This document shows positions 50,999 through 59,760 of a stretch of 59,760 nt of DNA, piece by piece. A program made the position numbers and the translations under genes. The stretch is from assembly GCF_000315625.1 (NCBI RefSeq), contig NW_005434658.1:215482-275241 (forward strand), written 5' to 3'. Origin of the DNA: Guillardia theta CCMP2712 (lineage: Eukaryota > Protista > Cryptophyta). The notes under the pieces were generated by a model. The model did not search any database. It was not told where the DNA came from and saw only the letters and a list, made by a program, of their open reading frames with translations. Within the stretch, counting starts at the first letter, position 1. Each line of letters starts with the position of its first letter.

Positions 50999-51660
50999 GA
51001 TTCCCTCCGTCAGAGATGAAGAGATCTTAGTTCGTTCGTCATCTCTACGTTCTTGGAATATCAGTGCTGTCCCTTGCCTTCAGGTCCTAATCTGAGCCAC
51101 TCGAAGCTCTTCAGCACCTCTCCTCCTCTCCTCCTGTTCTCCTCTCTCCCTCTCCCCCTGTCTTACCCTCGTACTCTCCCCTCTACCCTCTCTCCCCGCA
51201 CTCGCTCTTCCCGTTCTCTCCCCAGGGACCCAAAAAGTCCCGCGTTAAAATTCCCTTCACTGAAAATGCGTATCCAGAAAAAAAAAGTCAAAGTACCCAC
51301 CCACCTCCACGACCCTATGAGTACCCCTTGTTTCTCCTTCTATCATCAGCGACCACCTACCCCATCTCGCTACACCAGATAGAAATGAATTCTGGAAGGC
51401 AAACCAGAGGGGTGGGTAGACAAGGATAGGGGGTAGGGTGAGAAAGAGAAGCAGGGGTTCAGGACAGAGGACGATGGGGGGCATCTTAGTAGCAACCTGA
51501 CAGTGTCTGGATAACTGGGGGTAGGGGTAGTAAGGAGATCATCATCACGACCTGCCGTAGGATGGATCCAGTATGAGTCGAAGGTGGGGGTGGGTGGGTT
51601 TCAAGGATGGGTGGGGTATTTCCATGGGGTAGGGGTGGTGGACTTTGGTGTCTCTTGAGA

Positions 51661-51778
51661 ATGCCGGGCTTCAGCAGCACGATCATCTCATGCACGTCGG
51701 AGGGGGAGAAGACGACGTTCGTGTGGCGAGTGGGACGAGTGAATACAGTCAGGTATGATGAGAGGAGGAGCTGGAGCT

Positions 51779-51811
<33 letters not shown>

Positions 51812-54800
51812 AGAGCAGGAGCAGGAGCAGGAGCAAGAGCAGGAGCAGGAGACGAAGGAGAAGAGGAGAGGAGGACAGCAATTGTAGTGGATGAAACTTA
51901 CACTCAAACAACTAGAAGGAGGAGGGAGAACAGAGATTTGGGAAACCAGGAGCACGGTGGATCAAACAGAGGCATTAGAAGCAGTTTACATTCTAGGAAG
52001 GGAAGAATGTGTATGACGAGCTGTCTAACTTTCCTCCTAGTTTCGGTCAGTGTGTCACTTCTCCTATCGTACGTGTGGGAGAGAAGAGCAACTGGAAGGC
52101 GAACTACTTCCCTAAGGGGTTCACTGACCCTGACTATGCTTCTCTCTACGTTACGAACTTCGATTGCGAGAACAAAGGCGTCGACAAGCAGGAGCCCACC
52201 AAAGTGACCGTCTCTGCCTTTGCTACTGTGAATGTTGTTATAAGACCGAAACCTCCTCCTCTGGGCTCCGGTGCGTGCTGTCCTCTCGTGTCTGCCTGTG
52301 TTGACCATAGCTCCAGCCAAGGAGAACAAACCCAAGCCGAAGCCGGAAGTTGCTGAGGACGACGATGATGAAGACGATGCCGGAAGCGCCAAGACGGAGG
52401 TCTCTACCGTGAAGCCAACTTCAAAGAAGTCGAACAAGTCGGGGAAGGGATCCCAAGCGAAGAGCACGAGCAAGAGGTCTGGAGCCTCGGGGTCTAAGTC
52501 TGGCGGAGGAGAAGGCGGTGGGGAGGCGGCAGCTGACAAGCCGCCCAGTGCAGAGCCCATCATGCAGGAGCTCTCTCAGATGTACACTAACATAGATCAC
52601 TCTTGGGGTTGGGAGAAGCTGCTCGATATGGGTCAGTTGTATAGTTGGAAGTCCGGGCTCATGTTGGGGTTCTACAAGCCTGAGAAGGATGGATCGGTTC
52701 CCGAGGAAGCAAGGACGAAAGTGCAGGATGGGTGAGTCGAACATGAATCAAGGAGACCTCTCCTGTCTGACCTGATTGTGTTGTAGTTATATCGACATTG
52801 AAATCACAATCTTAGCGGTGAGCAATATCAGAACGAACAAGCCCAAGAAGGAGGGGCATCTCACCCCCTTGGGATACGAGAGGACGATATGGGTGGTGTA
52901 CGATTTGAAACGACTGTCTGAGTCGATCGGGCCAGACAAGAAGTTGACGTCTTCAGAATTCAAAAGTGATGGAGAATGGTGAGTCAAACCTGAGGTGCCG
53001 TGGTTGTTGACTCGCGTCGCCCGCAGGTACTTCACACTTTATCCGAGCGGCTATCAGAAAGGTGCAGACCCGGCCAAAGTGCAGAAAGCGGGGAAATTTA
53101 TCTCCTTGTTCCTGCACTCTTCCAAGAATCAGGTATGCTCCATCCTCACATCTTTGCCCTGTTGTGATGGATGACGACGATCAGGTCGAGCTGGGTTACT
53201 ACATGAAGCAATCATTCCGTCTTGGTATCAAGAAGTTCAACCCTGGAGATACTGATGTCAACCATCCTGATAAGATCCCGTGAGATCGTTGACTTCATGA
53301 TCGTGGACGCCTTGTTGACGCGTCGTTGCCAGCTTCGAGCCCATGTTCTTCCCCAGCCCCGACCTGAAGATCAACAAGAAGCAATTCGAGTGGAGCTCTC
53401 AGTGCTTGGCTCTCTTCACCCCGAAGCAAAGATGCTTCGGCAAGGTCAGGCCAACTCTCCTCCTGCCCTCGTGGCATCCTGACCCGGACTGCAGCGCTTC
53501 TTCCTTCCTCTCGAGATCTTTGAGTTCGGTAGAGACGAATTCGACAACCTTCCCGAAGGCCCTGCTGGCGCTGCAGGTGGAGCCGAAGGCGGGGAGAAGG
53601 ATGAAGACGCCCCTGCGGAGGAAATCTGGAAGCCAACGCCAGAGCTCAAGGCCAAGGAGTTCGTTGCTGGAGGCTGGAAGACCGGGGGTGCAGTAGCGTT
53701 CTGCTTGGAGATGCTGGTCACGGACATGGTCACCGGTACCGTCCAGCACATGCTTCACCTCACTCCTAACAAGGAGATCTTCCCCAAGGCCGAGCATGGG
53801 CCTCAGTCGGTCGAGTGGATCGAGCAGAAGGTGTGCAAGGAGACTAACGAGGAGTTTTCCGACGTCCCCTACTTCGGCAAGCCCAAAGTCATCTGCTACG
53901 AGTGCGGGCACGCGTTCACTCAGGAAGTGACGTCGTACCAAGCGAGGTTGGAGGAGTATGGGTACGAGATTGGACGCGAGTACATCCTTGACATCCTCAT
54001 GAGGGAGGAGGAGCACTGGCTGGACGGCCTGCTCAAGAACCTCAACGTGGCTGAGAAGGTTGACAACGTTGTTCGGTCCCTCACGGCACAGGCAGCGAGG
54101 TTCAAGTCTCAGATCAAGAAGAAGGAAAACGAGGAGGGGGAAGGAGAGGAGGTCGTGGTTGACCCGAAGAAGGAGAAGGAGAAGGAGAGGGCCATGGCGA
54201 AGGAGAGGGAAAAAGAGGTCAATCGGCAGCTGGCCTACGAGGACAAGATCCGCCTGCTGAGAAAGGAGATTGAGGACTCGCACTTCGGCAAACCGATCTG
54301 CCTCAAGTGCTTCTCAGCAAGGCAGAAACTGACGCACCATGAGACCAAGGTCGTGTTTGCGAATGAACCGGCCAAGATCGCAAAGAGGAAGGCCCACCTG
54401 GGCGCCATGCCGATTCAGAACTTGAAGGACCCGCTGCACGATCTCGACCAACCGCTCGGGAGATGGGAGTGCCCGGACCAGAACGCCATCACGGGCTTCA
54501 AGGGAGTCCATAGGATCCCTCCCAAGAACCCTGAAGGTGAGGAGAAGTATTTGATGCTTGAGTTGCCCTGCTCGTGGGACAGCCGACGACTACCTGCTGC
54601 TTGTTGTGCGGATCGCCTTCCCTCGCCCGATCCCTCCTTCTTTGTGGACTCTCCTTCCTCCCTATCCCTCCTCGTCACACTCCACTCTGCGACAGTTGCC
54701 TTGTTCCCCTTCCCTCACTCACTGCGCAGGCAAGTACCTCTACAAGGAGCACGGAGGCATCAATTCCATCAACGCTCGCGTGCCCGTCGGTGCCAACTGC

Positions 54801-55732
54801 GCGTGGGACGTGGGCATGCTCAAGTCCAACAACGTAGAGATGCATGACTTCTTCCGATGGGGAGGAAACTTCCGGTACAAGTGGAAGGAGATGCAGGCGA
54901 TCCTAGAGAGCAAGTTCCAAGAGATGGACGGGCCCAAGGGGATGTACAACGTGAAGCTCCTCGACGACCCCTGCCGGCTGCATGCCGCGGACCCCTGGAT
55001 CTTCAACTGCCTCCCAAAGGCCGTGCAAAAGCCGAAGCCGGGTGAGAAGCAGTCGGACGAGTCGGGGAGGACGGCGATCAGAGTCAGAGCTGCCCTGGAG
55101 GCGAGCACGGGCAGGAACTGCATGACCCTCGTCAGAGGAGGCGTTTGGATGGAGCCCAAGGAGCTGACGCGCCAGTGCCATGGCAGAGTGAACAGGGACG
55201 GCATCACCCCAGAGGAGGACGAGGATCAGCCCCTCGACGGCTTCTGCGACGTCCGGTTCGACCTCAAGGAGAAGGCACCCGAGCAGTTCCACTGCCTGTG
55301 GAACGGCAAAGTCTACTGCAACAGCTGCACCTCGTACCGCTGCATGATCCCTGAGTTCACCGACCCGCCAGACAAGGAGGTCAAGGAGGGGTACCGAGTT
55401 TGCTTCGAGTCCAAGGACTACCGGGGCAAGCGACCGGCCGGGAGGATACAGCCTGTCTCTAAGAAGCCCGAGGAGGAGGAGAAGCCAATGAAGACGCCGC
55501 TGCCGGTGAGACGGAGATGTGGAGGATGAGGCTGGAACAGCGGGGGAGGAGATGGAGTGAAGAGGAGGATGGGGGGAGGATGCGACGGAGAAACGTGTGC
55601 TGACGTGTTTGGCAGGAGGAAGATGAGGATGACGACAAGCCAAACCCGATGGTGGAGCTACTTCGAACCATCCCACTATGCGGCAAGAAGTTGTCCAAGA
55701 GTCTTGATGAGTTCCTTGACTCGTTGGAATGA
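51661..55732 (+). CDS. Multi-exon protein with two MATH/TRAF-like domains and a degenerate C-terminal FYVE-like zinc finger
   Basis: MATH1: TFVWRV...TSPIVRVG..NWKANYFPKG...YASLYV. MATH2: IWVVYDL...LTSSEFKSDGEWYFTLYPSG...FISLFL. C-terminal FCDVRF...FHCLWNGKVYCNSCTSYR...YRVCFES. Confidence 0.75.
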
Positions 55733-56039
55733 ACGTCAAAGTTTGACAAGCACTCGCCCTTCATTGACATTGACAAGCACTCGCCCTTCAAACAACAAAC
55801 CCTGCTGTCTGCCCTTTCTACATCCAACTGCTATGTACCGAGGGCTGTGATAACCATTCGCTTATCGCAGTTCGAGTCCCAGTCCGCAAGGGACCTAGCT
55901 CGCTCAACAGCAGCTCTGCATGAGCAGTCAGGTTGAATTCATCTCTAGCTCTCGACCATCAACAACACGTGCACGTTTCAACCAAGTCATCCACATCAGC
56001 GCCTGAGCGCAGCGGTATTACCACACACCATTTCAGACA

Positions 56040-56529
56040 GGGATAACTAATGAGATTGTTTCATCATCAACGTTGCTCTGGACTGCATGCAAAACGTCTC
56101 TGCGGATCTTACCAGGATGCGGTCATGTACTTGCACTGACGACGTACTGCATTGAGAGAAAGGCGAGAGATTCGGTATCCTGGTGACAGACGTCAGGAAC
56201 TGCTAGGGCGAGGGAGGGGGGGAGGGGGATGGGGATGAAAATGCCTCAGAGACTCTAGTCCGGTCGCTCAACATGTGCGATAACGCGATGCGACTTTCAG
56301 GAAACAGAAGAATTGTCATCTCCAGCATGTTTTGATGATGTGGTAGGGGAGGGAGGGAGGGAGGGAGGGAGGGGAAGGTGGAACATTCCTTCTTACCTTC
56401 TGTCTCGGATCAAAACTTCAGATATTTTGTTTTGATGTCATCGACACTGAGTAGATAGAATCACATCTTGTAGACGCTATCCAGTCCGTTCAGCCGTCTG
56501 GTCCCAGCGCTTGCCATGAAGGTGGCCAT
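56040..56529 (-). CDS. Possible small multi-exon hypothetical gene
   Basis: GCCATG start and several GT/AG-bounded segments separated by low-complexity tracts. No recognisable product. Confidence 0.35.
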
Positions 56530-57083
56530 GAAGTTGGAGGAAAATGAATCATAACGCGGGATATGTTGGGAAGGGTCAGAGCTAAAGGCACAGTGAGCTG
56601 AAGGGGCCGTAGGGGCCAGGGGGGCTGGAGGAACAGGAGGGGCTGGAAAGGCAGGAGAGCAAGGAGAGGCTGGTGGGGCTGCAGGAGCTTCAGGAGCAGA
56701 GAAGTTGGAAGGGGGAGGAGGAGGAGGAGGAGAAGCAGCAGCAGCAGCAGAGGCGAGGACGGGCACGTGCGATTAAAGTTTGAAACTTAAAGTTTCTAGT
56801 AAACGCTCTTCCCAAGTTTTCAAGTTTCAAAGTTTCAAAGTTCCCCTCCCCTCAAGAACCTTCTTTCCTTCAGCCTATCCTCCCTTCCCCTTCCCCTCCT
56901 GCCAACCCGCTCTCCCGCCCTCCCTTCTCTTCCTCCTGTTCTTCCTCTTCCTGCCTCTCATCTTCCTCCCCCTGCCTCCTTCTCTCCTCCCCTTCCACCT
57001 CCTTTCCCTCCCTGCTGCATTGCCGCTATTGTCAGTCGAGGCTACGAGCTGGTGCCAACGTGTTCCCTCCCCTTCCCCTCGCC

Positions 57084-58513
57084 ATGTCAACGATCTCTCC
57101 TTCTCTATGTTTCGCTCCTCATCCGAGCTGCCTGAGCTGCCTTCATGCTACCAGCGCCGCGGTCCATGGCAGGCGGCAGGCGGCGATCAGCTTGTACAAG
57201 CTGAGCATGCAAAAGAAGTCACAGGACGGGGGGGGTGGAGCATTATGGCGTCCGAGCATAGAAGGAAGCTCGCTGCTCACATGGAGCGACGGAAAACCAG
57301 TAAGAATTCATAGGAGGAGGAGGAAGCGACAGCTCAGCATGCTCATGTCTACCGCAGGTAGGAAGCGTCTCGTCTGTTGCAACCCTGGCTGCCTCCATGG
57401 TATCTATCCCCGTGCTCGGCGTCATGCTAGGTGAGAGCATGGACTCAGCTGCCATTCCTACTGACATCATGTGCATGTAGGAGCGCCTGACTCGCCCTCC
57501 TTCATCACTGAGATGACGCAGCTCAGCGCCGCCCTCCTCATCCTCCAGGCAGGAATTCCAAGCTTCCGCTCCAGGCTAGTCCTGCTTGCGACATCTGCAG
57601 CCTGCCTGCTGGATGTGCTTGCCTCCGGCATCGTGGTGGGCAACACCTCTCCCGCTCTCATCGCCTCCCTCCTCCTCTCCTCCTCCGTCTTCCTCGCGAT
57701 GAAGGATGGAAGTGCTAAGGAAGCTGCGGTTGGGTTGGGGGGGCGGGTCAACAGCGAGGAGGCGGCAGCGGCTGTGATGGCTGGAGAAGAGGAGGAGAGC
57801 AGTGACAACTTTGACCTCATGTCGTGGGAAGAAAACTTTGGAATCACCATGACAAGAGGAGAAAACCCGAGAGACTGGAACGTGGAGGAGTTCTGCTGCG
57901 CCCTGCGCGATGCAGGTCCCTTCGTGCTCCCACCTTTCCCACTTATCATCGTCGTCGTCGTCGTCATCATCATCACCACCATCACTACCACCATCACCAC
58001 CACCACCACCACCACCACCACCATCATCATCAACAACAACAACAACAACAACAACAACATTCCCCACATCCTGTATCTCTCTCAACTTTGACTCTTACTC
58101 TGCCTGTGCAGGGCTGGAGGAATGCGTACCTGCTGCGAGGAGAGCGAAAATCGACGGAATGGTGGCGATGACACTGACGGTAACAGAGGAGGGGGGAGGG
58201 GAGGGTGAAAGATGCAAGAAGTATGCGGAGAGGAACAACGAAGGGGAGGAGACAAAACCAAGAAGAGAAGAACAGGAGAAGGAGAAGGAGGAAGAGGAGG
58301 AGAGAAGAGGTGGGAGGGTCTTGGGCTAATGATTAGCAGGCGAAGGATGAGGCTGCCCTGAAGGAGGAGCTGGGACTTTCGCTTGTGATGCGGAGGAAGC
58401 TTCTCTTCTTCGTTGAGTCACTGAGGGAAGAGGAAGAGAGGAGAGGAGAGGAGAGGAGAGGAGAGGAGAGGAGAGGAGGGGAGGGGAGAGGAGAGGAGGG
58501 GCAGGGGAGTTGA
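57084..58513 (+). CDS. Membrane protein with C-terminal SAM domain, multi-exon, possible N-terminal targeting peptide
   Basis: Hydrophobic segments at 57360-57700, then spliced PRDWNVEEFCCALRDA|GLEECVPAARRAKIDGMVAMTLT|AKDEAALKEELGLSLVMRRKLL, which fits the SAM pattern. Confidence 0.75.
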
Positions 58514-58779
58514 ACAAATGAAATGATTGCAAACAGACTGTAGTAGTTCGAATATTTATAGCCTTGACATGATAATCCATTTCGCCAATTTACATCCTCG
58601 GGGTTGGAAAACAGGGGGGAGGGAGAGGAGAGGAGAGGGAGGAGACGGCGACATAGAGGAGAGAGGATGAAGATCGAGAGTGGACGGAGAGGTAAGGACA
58701 GAGAAGCAAGGGGACAGAGATGAAGAGGAGAAAGGGTATCGAGGGGGAGGGAGAGAGGAGGGAAGAGGGAGGGAGTGAA

Positions 58780-59525
58780 GGAAGGAGAAGAGATACGACG
58801 TGGCAAGAGGGGGAGGGGAGCTGAGGAGGGGAGCTGAAGGAGCTCATAGCAGGTTCTCGCTACGCGACGATGGTCGAGAGCCCTGCAGATAAATCTGTTA
58901 GCTCCTCCTCTTTCTCTACTCTGCCTGCCATGGTATCCTCATTCCCAGCCCGCCACCTTTCCCCTGCTGCCTCTTCCTCCATACAAACTTTCCTCAATCT
59001 CCGCGATCTCCTTTCCTGCCTACATCTCCATTTTCCTTCTATCCCTCTCTCCTCCTCCTCCTCCTCCTCCTCCTCCTCCTCCTCCTCCTCCTCATTCTCC
59101 TTCTCCTTCTCCTTCTCCTTCTCCTTCTCCTTCTTCTTCTCCTACCATGATGGAAAGCGCAAGGGACGTATGGGTCGGCGAGTCATTCTGCGGCCAACGG
59201 CTGAGGAGAGGAGAAGCAGCATTTTCGCGGAGGCTCGCTGAAGGACCAAAAAATTGACGGAAGGAAGAGGAGGGAAGAAGGTAGTGCAGTGCAGAGCAGG
59301 GAGCAATGAGAAGGAGGAGAAGAGAGCAGGGGAGAGGGAGAGGGAAGGAAAGGAAAAAGTGGGGAGGAGGAGGAGGAGGAGGAGGAGATCAGGATGGGGA
59401 AGGGATGAGGGGGAGGAACAAAAGTCAGTCAGCGGCTTCAATTAGCGTGATGTCCTCACCAGGTTTGTTCGTCCGAGACATTTTCTTGGAGGAATTTTGA
59501 GCGCGTTGACCGATCTGCCGCTGAA
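58780..59525 (-). CDS. Probable 3' exons of a gene entering from beyond the window
   Basis: Short complex segments (~59460-59520, 59145-59238, <58885) bounded by splice-like sites between pyrimidine-rich introns. Confidence 0.4.
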
Positions 59526-59760
59526 AGGAGAGGAAGAGGGAGTGGTGGAGAAGCACGAGGGAGGAGACGGCAAGCAACGAGAGGAGGGAGAGAGAGAGGA
59601 AAGAGCAGGGAGAAACGAGCTGTGAGCTGGGGCAAGGGGACACGGGCTGAGGAGCAGGGAAGACACAGGAGGGGTTCAGAGGAGAGGGAGACGCAGAGGA
59701 GCAGACGATTTGAGAATAAAGCAGAAGTGCCAATGTGGAAGGACGGGGAGGAGAAGGAGA

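Overview
Intron-rich eukaryotic nuclear DNA with short ~45-70 nt GT/GC-AG introns, CTGAC-type branch points and microsatellite-filled introns. The style suggests a cryptophyte such as Guillardia theta (inference only). About 1-21.7 kb is a compact run of spliced genes: TMEM260-like, an ADP-ribosylglycohydrolase-like probable pseudoenzyme, anamorsin/Dre2, RPL27, ABHD13-like, profilin-like, a PDZ/coiled-coil protein, pinin, AIDA and a secreted unknown. About 22-42.9 kb is an accessory, mobile-element-rich zone punctuated by GC-rich islands. It contains (a) an interrupted ~154-bp tandem array running into a frameshifted coiled-coil gene and a Ty3/gypsy RNase H fragment, (b) two ORFs sharing a novel motif, and (c) the most striking feature: an apparently intact spliced Crypton-type tyrosine recombinase gene (PHD finger, YR domain, GCR1_C-like tail) bracketed by a 12-bp direct repeat and directly abutting an intact PIF/Harbinger gene pair (Myb/SANT-like protein plus DDE transposase) for which only one good TIR is visible. 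After a 100-N gap come a giant secreted sushi/CCP-repeat gene, a double-MATH + FYVE-like gene and a membrane SAM-domain gene. All domain calls are by-eye motif recognition; no searches were run.
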